Shown in pieces: positions 1 to 13,170 of a stretch of 64,000 nt of DNA. Below the pieces are notes generated by a model, which worked only from the letters and a program-made list of their open reading frames with translations, made no database searches and was not told the origin of the DNA. Location: assembly GCF_009834535.1 (NCBI RefSeq), contig NC_045696.1, positions 14,386,001-14,450,000 of the forward strand, read 5' to 3'. The position numbers and the translations under genes are program-made. This DNA is from Camelus ferus (lineage: Eukaryota). Positions within the stretch are counted from its first letter, which is position 1, and each line of letters begins with the position of its first letter.

Positions 1-1560
1 CTGAATTAGATCATGAGGTCCTTAATGGAAGAACTGGAGACAGTTCACTTAGAGCTACCTTGCTGTGGGTTTGCCAAAGTTCCAATGAAGGTGAGTTATA
101 CAACAGGAGGAAATCAGCCCACCATCCCGACCAGCTGAACTCTCTCACAGCAGATAACATCGAATGATTGCTGCTGTGCTGAGCCGGGTGAGACATGTGG
201 GTGAAACTTTGGGAAACTGAGAGAATTATAAATTACCTTACCTCTAACAACAGGGATAACAGGACATGTCGTAGAGGAAATTGCCCAGAAGGAACGAGGA
301 GGGTTGGAACAAGCATGTCTGGAGAGGAAGGCAAAGAGGAGGCAGAGAAGGATGGAAAGTAGGAAACGAAAAGGTGAAAACAATGCAAATGAGAAGAAAT
401 CAAGTGGTAGATTCGAAGTGGGGTGGAACTCCAGAGGAGGGAACGATGGAAAGAGGGGTTTCAGGAACTTTAATTGCAACGTGTACAAGATAATCCCTTC
501 TTCTTCATTCTCACCAAATGCCTTGACATTGAAATTTGGGGTGATATGACTGGCATTAAGTCAGCCCTGGGTAAGAGCAGCTGATGCACAGGAGCCTGGT
601 TACAATGTGTTACAATTAATTCCAGAAGAATCACACTAAATCACAGTATCATTTGTCGACTTGGGTATTCATACAGATTCTGCTAAAGCTAGAGTTTTAG
701 CAAACACTGCATGAAGGTTTGATTCACTCTTTCTCTACTATTAATTTCATCATCTTCGTAAGATTGTACCTGTATAAAATGAAACTCATCAGGTATTATT
801 AAAGAAAGACTGTGTTCCATCTAACATTCAGAATTGTGGAAGCAGAATCCATTTGCAGAATTGGTCCTGGACAAAATTTGGTTTTATTTAGGTGGGCTGT
901 ATTTTACATTAGCAAAGTGCATTACTTTTTGACTCACTAAGGAATAAAAACTAAATAAATAAATTCCTCTGTCTCTAGTAAGAATCATAACTGAGATTAA
1001 CAGAAGTTTAAGTCAGCGAGTTTTTTACTACCATATTAATAAATGTATATTTTGTCTGCCAAGGAAGCTTCAAGGCACTGTGAGTCCCATTCATTTTAAT
1101 ACTTAACACCATACTCTAAAATTGCATCTGTCTTTTCTCATCAAATTTTCATTCTCTCAGGGCCAAACAACCCCAGTCAGGTATAAACAGCAGGATGTGG
1201 GGTTTAGAGAATAGGTGGAAGAATCTGAATAAGTCAATATTATTAAATTAATTTATAAGACCATCAATCTTTAATTGATGAAAGTTCAGTCACAGAAGAA
1301 GGGAAGAATTTCAGAAAGTGGAAATTTCACTTCTTTCAAGAGGCCTTTAAGAATGCCATAAATCGCTCCCTGGGTACTATTCCATCTACAGTGAAGTGGA
1401 GGCTCCTTGTGGGAGAGAATCTGCAATATTCAATATTCTCTCCCAGCCCCACTTGGGCAGAAAAGGTATTAGTCTAGTCAAAACTTGGCTAATGAAGAAT
1501 GGTGACATTTAAAATAACATGCTGGCTTCCACACTTTGAGAATTAAAAATCTTGAGACTG

Positions 1561-1649
1561 GGGGGAGGGTATAACTCAAGTGGGTTCAATCCCCAGTACC
1601 TCCTCTAAAAAAAATAAATAAACCTAATTACTTCCACCAAAACCCACTG
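1561..1649 (+). mobile_element. tRNA-Ala-derived SINE (camelid vic-1-like), internally deleted copy
   Basis: Head GGGGGAGGGTATAACTCAAGTGG-GTTCAATCCCCAGTACCTCC, then an A-rich AATAAACCTAATTAC tail. Perfect 15-bp TSD AAAATCTTGAGACTG at 1546-1560 and 1650-1664. Homologous to the full copy at 42058. Confidence 0.9.
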
Positions 1650-3682
1650 AAAATCTTGAGACTGAATCTTGGTCTGAGATGAATTCAAGATCTCACCCAA
1701 TGGAGTTAAGAATGAATATGCACCATCACATTTTAGCAAAGGCTTGATCACTTACATAAGGTATATACATTCAGCACACTGCTTATTATTGTCAGCTAAG
1801 AGTAAATGCTTTGAAGACAATAGATACGAAGATGATTCCTTGAGCTGCCTGCAATTGGCAGGCTGAAGGTACACCACTGACACAATTTAAATAAGTGAAA
1901 AGATGTGAACGCCACAGTTGTTTTACCAGTTGTGACTATTTATTGGAAAACAAAAGTAGAAAATCTTTACCTCCTTTAAACAGAGCAAACAGAGAAAAAT
2001 AAACAGGCACCTCTGAAAATTTAGAAAATCTTGTCCTTGGTCATTCAATATTTAAGGAGATAATTTCTGGATAAAGACAAGCTGGATTCTTAAAAACTGT
2101 GCATGCAGCTAATGTACTGACAGCAACCATTAACTAAAAATTGATCTCTGAAACTTAGCCAGTTCAGAAAATGCTGTTGCAGAAGCGCCACACAGCCAAA
2201 GCACCCTAACTAGTCCAACAGGCTCCCGTCCGTGACTCGAGACTCAAGGTCATCAGAGCCCACTGCAGCCCAGGAGGGGCCGGGGCCACATGACCTGCAG
2301 CTAACCCCGCCAAAGATATTACTAATAGATTAACGAATTCAAATCCACAGTCTAAAGAGGTCTCAATGGCAAAAGGAAAAGCACAGTATTTAGCCTGAAT
2401 GAGCAGGGGTCCTAGTCTTCCTAACTCAGACACTTACTAGTGACTGTTTACTCATCTCTAAAATAGAAATAAAAATCCTTAATATTTTAAAAGGACAATT
2501 TGGCGTTTGAGGTGATGGGGATGAAATATGTTTCATAAACAGTAAAGCATAGTTTATTGTTATCAACTATGACTAATTAATGCAAGTACTCCTATAACTA
2601 AGAGTGAGTTTTATAATCTGTTGAATAAAATCCCATTTGCATTATGTATTGAAGCCCCAAGGATAAAAAAAAAATGAGTCTTGAAATCTCATATTAAAGG
2701 TTTGGGAGAATGAGATAAGGTAAAACCTAAACAGTTACTCTCTGATAAATTGTCATCATATTAAATTAGATATGAATTACCCAAAATTAAGAATTCTTAA
2801 CATTTAAAATTATAAGGTGTATTAAGTTTGATTACTGGGGAAAATTTAATGCTATTATTATTTGATATAATAATTAATATTATAATGATACTATAATACA
2901 ATGGCCAAAAAATAAATGAAACTTTTATTTAGTTAGCTAGGCTTTAATGATAGATTTTATAACGTGAAGAGAGTGAAAAGAGAAGTGGTCTTTAAAGGTT
3001 TTGTTATTTCATTCTCTCAGGTTTTATTAGTAAAATCACAATGTACAAAATCGTACTATGTTCTTGTCAGATAATAGCTGTAGCGCTACAGTGAGTTCTT
3101 GGAATTACACTTTAAGAGGAAAATAAATGAATGCTAATGTGGTGCAGAAGGACAGAGGGTTTGAAAGCACATTATGTGCAGAAAGACTAAGGGACTTGGA
3201 CTGCTGAGCTCAGGCTTTAAAAACAAGGAAGAAATAATAGTTAACTCCAAATATTTGAATAGCCATTATAATTACTCCCAGATAATAGCTTTAGAAATCA
3301 TTGCAGGCAACTACAGACAAAGTAGACCACGTTTGTTGTTTGAGAGTGAAGGATATTGAAGAAGAGAATGGACAATGACTTGAATGCTGTTGAAGGGATT
3401 TGAATATTAAAGGAGGTGGGAAGGGAAAAGCTACGTTACATACAAGGTCTCTCACAACTCAGATTTTGTGGTTTAAAACGTTTCTTTTACAGCTCAATGT
3501 AAAATAAATACAATATATCCAGCTGAAATACGGCAACGATTTTACATGGTCCTTGTTTACATATTCTGCTAGTGCAGCTCCACAACTTGAAGATGGAATT
3601 AGGTATGCTTTGGAGCTAGAAGGAAAAAAATTGACTCAGAAAAAAACTGTGGTCTCACAAACTTGAAATATGGTAATCATAT

Positions 3683-3729
3683 CACACACACATGCATGCG
3701 CGCGTGTGCACACAAACACACATTGTGTG
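3683..3729. repeat. Mixed (CA)n/(CG)n alternating purine-pyrimidine tract
   Basis: CACACACACATGCATGCGCGCGTGTGCACACAAACACACATTGTGTG. Confidence 0.85.
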
Positions 3730-5499
3730 ACAAATGTCCTTCCATGAGATACACTCAAGAGGACACTGGCGGGCTTTCTCTGCTGCAGGGTGTCACTCAA
3801 TAACACCATTACTAATTAAAAATAAATGATTGATTATGAAATGAGGGAGAGTAATTATCCCCAATCCTCCTGTTTCCTTAAAAATTTAGTAGAACTTTCA
3901 CTCCTTGGAAGGAACAGGTAAAGGAATGACACTTTCAGGCTCATTCATTCTCTTTGGTTATTTTATCGATGCTACTAGGAGAAGAGCCTGTGCAGGAGAG
4001 AATCAATTCCTTCTGAGCTCTGTCTTGGAACATACATCATTCTTCTCCTTTGCCACATGGTCCTCCACCCGCCCCAACGCAGTACCTTGCAGTTGTCTGG
4101 CCCTTACGTGTGACCAGGTGAGAAGCACTAATTGGGGGCGGATGGAGAGAAACATTAGAGTCCAGATGTGGGTAGGCTGCATTTTCTAATTAGATTGTAA
4201 GTAACCAAGCTGATATTTTTGTTTGAATTGCCATCTGTTGGCAACCTATGTTTATTTTCTGAAACTGACTCTAAATACTGTGGTGGGGGAAAGAGATGTG
4301 GTTAATCATTTGCTTCCAAAACTCTCACAAAATTTACCCAAGTGAGAAATACATCACATTATATGCAAACCCAGGGTGGCATTGTTGGAGTAAGCATGTT
4401 TATTGGAGAAACAAAAACATTCACAAAACTCAAAAAAGTAGAAAAGAGGAGATAGATACATGCTAAATTTAAAAAGAAAAAAAATCCTTAGTCAACATAT
4501 AGTGAATTTTGTTCTTTACATAAATAAAATTTGAATTCTGAAAAGTTATATATGGTAACTGTTGTCTAAGCTTAGGGCAAAAAGTTTATTGTGAATTTAC
4601 TATAAATAAGCGGATGAAACACAGCTGGTCTTGAAAACTGGGCTGAAATATCAACACAAAATGAAATTATTTTTACTGCCTGGGAAAGAATTCTGCAGTA
4701 AATGAAAAGAAACTACTTCACGCAAGAAGAGAATGAAAAGCATTTTTCAAATAATTCATTGTAGGAAAAAGACCATTGTAAAGAATGCATACATTGTGAC
4801 CTCAATAAAATAAAATTAAATAAGAAATAAAAAGATGACAATAAAATAAAAAGACAAAGTGAGATGAATGGGGAGCTTTCTGGAGATGTAAGTTGTGGTG
4901 AAAAGTTTCCCAAAAATAATAAAATATTATCACAGAAATGGAGTAGTAAGGTTTATCATTTTATCACATTGAATAAAGAGCAGAACTAATGGTACAGGAA
5001 AATAAGTCTGTAATATGAAACATAAGCTTGAGAAGTCTTCTCAAAATGCAGAGGTTGAAAACTGAAAAAAAATTAGTAACAGTGCGTCCCTATTTTTGCA
5101 TGGAGATGAATGGACCATAACAGATCGAAAATATGATATGATAAAATAAATTACAATGAATTCTGAAATTTCGGCTTCAATATTTTTAAAAATAAAAATG
5201 TTTTCTTATTTTATTAGTTTAAAATAGTGATGGTAAACTCAAAAACCTGTAAGAGTTATGCAAAAATATAAATATCTGAATCATGGTAGATGAATGACAA
5301 AGCTTGAGGGATCAGGACGACAGGGGAAACATACTCTATCCAAATGCTTGGATCTTGATTTTTGAAATCGAAATTTAAAACAAATGGACAGACCAAAAAA
5401 CAAACATATCAGCCGCATTAGATCTACTGTCTGCCTGTTGTAATCCTCTGACAAAAAACTTAGCTTCTCTTATTTTAAATCCTTTTATCTTCCTCTCCT

Positions 5500-5572
5500 T
5501 CATATATATGCATACATATATATGCACACACACACACAAATATGTACATAAGATATAAATATATATATATAA
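5500..5572. repeat. (TA)n/(CA)n low-complexity microsatellite
   Basis: CATATATATGCATACATATATATGCACACACACAC...ATATATATAT. Confidence 0.85.
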
Positions 5573-6577
5573 ACATACCATGCTTGTTCAAAATGGTGTG
5601 AGTTAATGAACTAGTTTCAAAAACTATACACACATAGAATAAGTTTCCTAAAATAAAGTTTGAAAGCAAGAGTCATATGACACAGTGAGATGATGGCATC
5701 TTGAAGCCCAGTTAATTGATAAGAATAGAACACGGAGCTGAGCTCCTGGCAGCCTCTCTTTAGGTGGACGTTAGTTTTGGAATTAAAGAGAAAAAGTCTG
5801 AAAAAATATGTGGAATGCAATCAACAGCACTTTATAATCTATTGGCTGTGAGCTGGCCGAAAGGAAGAATACAAAAGGGATCCAGGGAGAGTTAGACTCA
5901 AAACAAATTAGTTGCATCCAATCAAGTCTTAAAACAAAAATGGGGGCCAAAGACCCAAACATAAGAAAAAAAAATTTAATGAGTGCTAAATACTGAACAC
6001 AATGTTGGTTTCAAAACAATCTCCATTTAAAGTGAATGGACTTGAAGTTCCTAATGTCACAGACTGTTGAAAGGGCTCAGTGACCCCAGACCTAAAGGAT
6101 TGAGTGGTTAGCTGACCTCTTACACCCAAGCCCATTGACCATGAAATTTGTAGTTTCAAGTTTGGGGCAGGAACAGAATAGAAACTTTCTACAGCAAAAT
6201 CCCCAATAATCCTGATATGTAAGTCAACTAAGTTGTTGATTGAGAGGGAAACCATTTATTTTAAGTTTCTTTTAGGGGGGAATGTCAGCCTCAGCATTCT
6301 GGTATGAAAACTTAGAAATGAGTAATAAGTGGGTCCATAAGGAAAGATAAGCCATGGCCCCTTTTGACCTTCCTAGGCCTCCAGGAGAAACCACAGTTAT
6401 TTCTCTTCCCTACCATGACAGTTTGGGGCAGGACCAGATTCGAAGCTTCCCCACCATGCCTATTGAGGCCATAGTAAGGGCCTGGAACTTACACATAATG
6501 TCTGAAATGCCATAGAGAGACTGAGCAAGAGACCATGGTTGCAATTAGAAACCTCTTTTCCTTGGTAGCTAATACCA

Positions 6578-6690
6578 CGGTGGTGATCATTTTGCAATTT
6601 GTAAATGTATCATCAAATCAGTGCTTATCCACCTTAAACTTGCACAATGTTATGTGTCAATGATAACCCAGTACAGCTGGAGGGGAAAAG
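6578..6690 (+). mobile_element. Old L1M 3'-terminal fragment
   Basis: GTGGTGATCATTTTGCAAT...ACCTTAAACTTGCACAATGTTATGTGTCAAT...CAGTACAGCTGGAGGGGAAAA, similar to the L1 3' end at 51915-52020. Confidence 0.7.
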
Positions 6691-7140
6691 AGAGAAAGAA
6701 AAACTTCTTCCAAAGTTCTAGTTAGTAGCTTCTCATCACGTATTTCAGACTCCTACACAGAAAACACAACATCTGCTAAAGGAAACCAACTGAATAGAGA
6801 TATACGATTATCTTTTTGAGTTTGATGAAGTCAGTATGTTTATTTAAGTAGAGGAGAAGAAGGTGCTATGTTCAGAGTTTCCTTCCAGAAAAGTGAACTC
6901 CTTAATCAACATACACAGAGCTCAGTCGTGAATAAATAAAATCTGGAATTCTGACAGCTGCAGATGATATCTGCTGCATTGGAGAAATCAAGACAGCAGT
7001 TTGTCATTAGCTAAGAAATGATTATTGAAGCTTGAGAAACATAAAATAATAGTACAAATTTGTCTATATCTATAATCCCTAAAATCCAAAGTGTGGCTTG
7101 GTAGATACTGCTGGCTGAAATTCAGTTGAATCTTCAATTT

Positions 7141-7435
7141 TTAGTAACTGTCACATCCTCAGCCAGAGCCAAATCCTCCTTGACATAGCACTGCCATTCT
7201 GTGTGTGTGTGTGTGTGTGTGTTGTGAGGGGAACCATAATGCACCTATCCAAGGCCATACTCACTGGAACTAAAGCCACCAAACCCAATACTGTAGAAGA
7301 ATCCAAAATTTGCTGAGTTAACATGGCCAGGCCTATAAGCATCACCACGGAAAAAAATCCAAGATGGAAGAACCAAAGTGAGAACTGTATTGCAAAAGCT
7401 AAATGGAAATTCCCAGAATATGAAGTTTGGCTCAT
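7141..7435 (-). pseudogene. Putative degraded high-glycine/tyrosine KRTAP (KRTAP7-like) pseudogene
   Basis: ATG at 7435 reads MSQTSYSGNF. A shifted frame reads ...NFGFFYSIGFGGFSSSEYGLG*VHYGSPHN. Past the (AC)10 tract it reads ...CQGGFGSG*GCDSY-TAA(7141-7143). Pyrimidine-rich KRTAP-like leader; minus-strand AATAAA at 6839-6844; same strand as KRTAP11-1. Confidence 0.5.
7200..7222. repeat. (GT)n microsatellite
   Basis: About 11 perfect TG units. Confidence 0.95.
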
Positions 7436-7585
7436 GGATCAGGAGATGGAGATGAGGTGTGTTGAACCAAGAGATTGCCAGAGTTCTTCTCTCGGACATC
7501 AAAAAAATGAGAATTTACTTGAGACCATTCTTTCTCAGCATCCACATCTGTTTATTTGGAACATCCATCTGTTTAAAGAGGCAAA

Positions 7586-7662
7586 GAGAGAGAGAGAGAA
7601 AATGGATGGATAAATAGATAATAGATGATGGATGGATAGATGGATGGATGGATGGATGGATA
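7586..7662. repeat. (GA)n plus (GGAT)n/(GATA)n microsatellite
   Basis: GAGAGAGAGAGAGA...GATGGATGGATAGATGGATGGATGGATGGATGGATA. Confidence 0.9.
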
Positions 7663-7664
7663 GC

Positions 7665-7930
7665 AAACATACCCAGGAAGGGTCTATACAAATGAACATC
7701 CTGAAAGAATTTCAACTACTGACCGAGTAAATTAGGGATGTCCCTTCAAAAAGCAATGTGTAGTTACTGAAAAGGAACATGGGGATCCTTTGGGGGCTGT
7801 CCATGCTGTTTCATGTTTGGTTTGGGTAGAGATTACATGAGTGTGTCACTTTGTGAAAAAAATTGACTTTGTTGCCATACTTATGTATACTTTTTTGCTT
7901 TCGCCGTATTTCAATGAAATTTGCATTTAA
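7665..7930 (+). mobile_element. Ancient L1M (ME/MC-type) 3' end
   Basis: ...TTTGGGTAGAGATTACATGAGTGTGTCACTTTGTGAAAA...TATGTATACTTT...TATTTCAATGAAA resembles old L1 termini. Confidence 0.6.
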
Positions 7931-8204
7931 AAAGTCAATGGATAGTATAAACTTGCAATTCACCTCTCACTGGAATAATTTTGGTAAATCAAGTACATTC
8001 TTATTCATTAACCTCTATTATCACTTGTTTTACATGGTTGGCATATATCTTCCTGTATTTCAATCTTCCTTCATCCCTAATGGCTTCAAATTAACATGTG
8101 ACTGTAACATGTGGTAAGCAGCTCCTGACTGCATATATATCCAATCTATAAAGGCCAGACACCACAAAGCATCGCACAAATAATAAACACTATGTCAATG
8201 TGAT

Positions 8205-8450
8205 TGACAGTTTGGGCTCTGGATCCAGATTGCTTATATTGAACTTAATTTTCCCACACTAGTCAGGTGGGTTTGAGAAAGTTATTTAACCATCTTTGCA
8301 AATTTTTGATCTGCATAGTGGGAACAATTATAGTGTTATTTCATAGGGTAGGGCTGTTGTGAGGATTAAGTGAGTTGAGTTGATCCATTAAACTCTTAGA
8401 ACAGTGCTGACTCATGGTAAGTTCTAAATAAGGGCTAGCCATCATCAATA
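8205..8450 (+). mobile_element. MIR SINE
   Basis: GGCTCTGGATCCAGA...AAGTTATTTAACC...AGGGCTGTTGTGAGGATTAAGTGAG...CTTAGAACAGTGCTGACTCATGGTAAG. Confidence 0.85.
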
Positions 8451-8544
8451 CTGTAAATATTATTATAATTATTATCTTAAATTTTGCACCTAAATTGTAG
8501 TCACAAAACAGTGTGTTGGTGAGTTTTATATATTTATAACATGA

Positions 8545-8945
8545 GTTATTTTTTTCAGCTGCTGTGACAGAGTCCAAACGAGTATGACTTCAAAAGGCAA
8601 AAGTTTATTCTTCTCTCATGTAATAGTACAAATGTAGGCAGTGTTGGCAGAAAGTTCTCCCCTCCTCAAAAGATAGATTCCACATGGAGGTTTAAGCTAG
8701 CTGCTCCTAACTATTGCCACATCTCAGAAAATAAGAAACTTGCCAGAGGAGAACACACCCAATGCTTTTAAGAAGGCACATGACTTCCACTTGCATCCCA
8801 TTGGTCAGTACTTAGTCACATGGCTGCACTTAGCTGCAAGGGATGCTGGGAAGTGAAGGCTTCAGCTGAGTAGCCCCATGCCAGCTAAAATTCTATTGAG
8901 ATAGAAAAAGTGGAGAATGGATATCAATAACCAACTAAAAGTCAG
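8545..8945 (-). mobile_element. MaLR solo LTR (MLT1J/K-like)
   Basis: CATCCCATTGGTCAGTACTTAGTCACATGGCTGCACTTAGCTGCAAGGGATGCTGGGAAGTG is the typical old MLT1 core. Confidence 0.8.
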
Positions 8946-9371
8946 CCATAATTACCAACATGGTGCTGTCTGTTATGCAGTCTTTAAGAGATCCAAGAAT
9001 ATATTTGTACCACATTAATTTATATCCTTTCTCTTCTGAGAGTCCATTAAAAATGTTAGTAAGGAAATAGAATAGCCACTGACCCACAATAATGGATTGC
9101 AATAATGGATCTTCAATAATGCAGAACAAGTTCTCAGGGGCCATCAAAGGACAAAATATCTCAACAAATTTCTGGAAGATTGCATAACTGATGGAGAAGA
9201 GTGGAGCAATGTTAAGTTCATGAAGAGCATAAAATTGAGGATGCTTCTCTGCCTTGTAGAATGTTAAGAAGGCAGAGCATTTGATTGGGAAATATTCTGA
9301 ATAACATCCCAAGTGCCAAACACATGCATGGAGAAGTTTTCAGATGATGAATAAAGAACGACCATAGCCAG

Positions 9372-9945
9372 TGTTTTCAGTTATCTGTAATATGCAGCAA
9401 ACCATCCAAAAGTCAGCGGCATAAAACCTGAGCCACTTTTTATTATGCTCATGGCACTGTGGGTCAGGAATTCAGGCGGAGTACAGAGGAGATGGCTTGA
9501 CTCTGCTACAATGTCCGGAGCCTCAGCTGGGAAGATGAGAATAGCCGGGAGTGACCCAAACTGCTGGAGGCTGGAATCGTCTGAAGGCTTCTCCACTCAT
9601 GTGTTGGCAGTTGGGTTGGGATGATTTAAAGACTGATCTTAGCTCAGGCTATCTGTAGGTCACCTACATATGTCTTCTGCACAGGGTCTTGATTTTTTAC
9701 AACAAGAAAGCTAGGTTCTGAGAGAGGAAATCCCAAGACGGAGTTTCTGGGGAGCACGAGTTCCAGGATGAAAGAGAAAGGTCTTTTATAACCTGTCTCA
9801 GAAGGCGCCTCACGTGGCTTTCTGCAGACTTCAGCTGTCAAGGCAGTCAACAAGCCTACCCAGATTCAAGAGGAGGGAAAATGGACCCCCTTTCTCAACA
9901 GGAAAATTGTCAAAGAATCAGAGGGCCATGTTTTAATATTGGAAC
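9372..9945 (-). mobile_element. MaLR solo LTR (MLT1H-like)
   Basis: TTATTATGCTCATGG...GTGGGTCAGGAATTCAGG...CCTCAGCTGGGAAGA...GCTGGAATCGTCTGAAGGC...CCAGATTCAAGAGGAGGG. Confidence 0.8.
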
Positions 9946-11713
9946 TTCTACATACATCCCTGTGAAATTTCATAATCCTAAGGCTAACTGCATACAAAGA
10001 AACAAAATTTAAATAACTTTGTGCTTTGTAAGTACAACAGAAAGAGAACCAGTCTGACAAAAGATATTACATCAAAAACACAAGGAGCTGAAAACAGGAA
10101 GGAAAAATGTCTATGTTGATATAGAAAGTTATTTTCAACCTAGTATTTGATATCTAGTTTAACTATAATTCAAGAATAAAACAGAAGACATTTTCAGATG
10201 CATCCAATGGTTCAGGAAGTTTATTACACCCTCTTAGAGATTGTCTTGAGAACGTGCTCCAACAAAACAAGAATTTAACCAAAGAGTGGGAGACATGGGA
10301 TCTGTCAAACTACAGATTCAACCCAGAACAATAGAGAAATGGAATCCTAGGAAGACAGTCAAGCATCAGTTTAGAAAGACAGAAGACAGAAAATAAGATC
10401 TCTGGCAAGAGGCAACAAAAACCAGGCAACGCCAAAGTTTCTAGGAAAAACTGACACTAAAACGAATTAAGATAGAAAAAGGCAAATAGTGTAAGAAAAA
10501 ATAGTATTATTAGAAAGTATAGGAAAAATAGAAAGCTATTTAAGAAAGCCAATATAGTCACAGTGTGCTCCTTGGCTCTACAAAGTAACTAACTGTGTAG
10601 CCTTAATAAAATGAAAGTGATTATTGATTAGTCCAATAATAGCTGAATAACAAAATAGGGAGAACATGATGGGGAGTTATCAGGGAGTGCATTGTGTAAA
10701 GAGAGCTTCTTCGTCCATCATAAAGCAGTTTACTATCCTAATTAAGAGTATAGAAGCAACTACTAAAGAAGCAATCTAAAATAAAGTAAGGGGCCTGCTT
10801 TGCGGGAACAAGACTGAGGAAGAGTCGGGAATAGAATTTTTGCTCTATATTAAAAGTTACCCGGTACTATTTAATTGTTTAATTTGCATGTTTTAATTAC
10901 ATAAAAATTTTTAATGATTTTTTAAATGCTGATCATCATATTTTAATGTTAGCTAAAGACCAGGGGAAGACACAGAAAAGATTCATTATTACACTATTGA
11001 AAATTATGAGCCTCAAAACATAAATATACTCTTGTGTATTTAAGAATTTAATACATTACAAATATGAAATCATAAATCAGCAATAAAAGGAGAACATTAG
11101 TCAAGTAGTGGTGCTGAGATAACTGTTTAACATTTGAAGAAAAACAAGAAAAAAAAAGTTCATACCGTAAACCATATTAAATTATACATCTTTGTAGTTA
11201 AATTAAAAATCCAGAAAGCATGCATCCTGGCCAGGGGGCAGGCCTTCCCTTCCCTAAGTAGCAATCACTGCAATCAAAAACTGTGCCTGGCAACTTGGAT
11301 TTTAAAAGAATTTTAAACTGTTATTTTTCTTTTATAAAATTAAGTTCATAACATATGAACGCAGAGAGTTTCTTTTTTTTTCTTTTTCTCTTGTAGAACA
11401 CACAAAATCATACACCTGGAGGGAAAGGAGGTTTACCAGGAAAAGCTTACACCCGAGTTTTGGCCGGGTTGATAGTCCTGTTGGTGAAAATGGTCATCAC
11501 TTAGAAATGTGAAGAACATGCACATCACCATCAATGGTATCCTGTTTGGGGAGATTAGAGATGTTGTTTTTATCTTCAGCTTGTTCTACGCTCTCTGCCA
11601 ACAGATTCCACAAATGGCTCTATTAAAAATTTCCTCTGATATATCTTATACATGAGATATAACCTTAGCTGTAATGCTAGCCAAATAAATCAGATTGGTA
11701 TGGCCTGGGAAGG

Positions 11714-12151
11714 TGTGGTGGGTTGAATAGTAGCCCCCAAATATATGTCCAAGTCCTGGCCCCCAGGGACCCATAAATGTGGCCCTTATTTGAAAATAGG
11801 GTCTTTGCAGATGTAACCAAGTTAAGGATCTTGAGATGAGAGCCTCCTGGATTTAGAGCAGGCCTTAAATCCAATGACAAATATCCTTATAAGAGACAGA
11901 AAAGAAGACACAGAAACACAGGAGAAGGTCATGTGAAGACAGAGGGAGAGACTGGAGGGATGCTGCCACAAGCTAAGGACCACCAGGTCCACCCGAAAGA
12001 GGCAAGGAAAGAATCTTCCCTGGATCAGGGAGTGGGGCCCTGGGCCCTTTGATTTCAGACTTCTGGCCCCATAACTATGAGATAAATTTCCATTGTCATA
12101 AGCCATCCACTGTATAGCAATTTGTTACAGCAACCCTAAGAAAGTAATGTA
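11714..12151 (+). mobile_element. MaLR solo LTR (MLT1B/C-like)
   Basis: Starts TGTGGTGGGTTGAAT; contains AATAGGGTCTTTGCAGATGTAA; ends TTGTTACAGCAACCCTAAGAAAGTAATGTA; 5-bp TSD GAAGG/GAAGA (1 mismatch). Confidence 0.9.
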
Positions 12152-12439
12152 GAAGACATCATGGAGGTAGAACACTGCCACCCACTCTGAGGGATGGGAG
12201 GATATTCAGCAGGAGAAGGAACAGGAACTAGTAAAGATGCTTAGGTACGAGAGCCCAGGGCCTTCACAGATGACTTTTTATTTCAGATGAAGTATCCTAT
12301 TCATACAAGCAAGTGGTCAGCATACTGGGAATGTATCTGTGGGCCTGCTAAGTCATCCGCCACCAGCCTAAGAAATATGGACTTTGTGGAACAAAAGTAG
12401 TACTTTCTATGTATGTTTTGTTTCAAAGTTTACTAAGTC

Positions 12440-12628
12440 CCTTTATGTGTTATTTGAATCCCACAGCTAACTTATGAATTAGGCAGCGAGGGTTATTATA
12501 TGAATTTTATAGACAGAAATAGTCCCACCTCTAGATGTGAAGTGACCTGCTCAAGGTTGCAGAGCTCATGAGTGGCTGTCAAAAGCATGACTTTTTCACT
12601 CCAAATCCAATGTCCTGCCCATTACACC
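12440..12628 (-). mobile_element. MIR SINE
   Basis: ATTTTATAGACAGAAA...GTGAAGTGACCTGCTCAAGGTTGCAGAGCT...ACTCCAAATCCAATG. Confidence 0.75.
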
Positions 12629-13116
12629 TTGATGGCTTTAATAAATGATTAGGAACTAATAAAGTTTGATTATGAGATCACAATAGTGCAATAAGAATAC
12701 TAATTTGGATAAGAGGTTATAATTAGTGAAACCTATTAACTAGCTGTTAATAACAGTCAGGCGTGAGCTAATAAGGGCCAAGGTCAAGATGGTGTCAATT
12801 CAGATACACAAGAGTACATGAGGGAAATACTGAGAAGGAGCCTACATATTTTAAACAGTGTACGTATCATACTTGCCCAAATTTTGTCATATTTTCTTAA
12901 ATCCTTTCCTATTTTGGATTTTGTATAAACATCAATTGCATTCATGTCTACTGAAATATATTATTCTTCTAACTACTTATCTATTTAGCATAAACTTTTA
13001 GGAAATTTGATATTGCCTTTTTTTCCCTCAAGGTACTAATCTCATTTTTGTGTCGGGTAGGATTATAGCCTATATGAAATCTAATTAAAAGAGCCTAGGA
13101 TTAAAATTGGTTGGGT

Positions 13117-13170
13117 ACACACACAAACACACACACACATGCTCATACACATATGCACATATACACATAT
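13117..13170. repeat. Imperfect (CA)n microsatellite
   Basis: ACACACACAAACACACACACACATGCTCATACACATATGCACATATACACATAT. Confidence 0.85.

Noticed and set aside
11..549. Cluster of short ORFs at the window start; possible promoter of an adjacent KRTAP
   Set aside because: The ORFs follow from purine/pyrimidine strand bias. Any neighbouring gene would lie outside the window and cannot be supported.
7665..7700. CATACCCAGGAAGGGTCTATACAAA resembling the KRTAP promoter signature
   Set aside because: Poor TATA match, wrong strand for the relic at 7435, and located in what appears to be an old L1 3' end.
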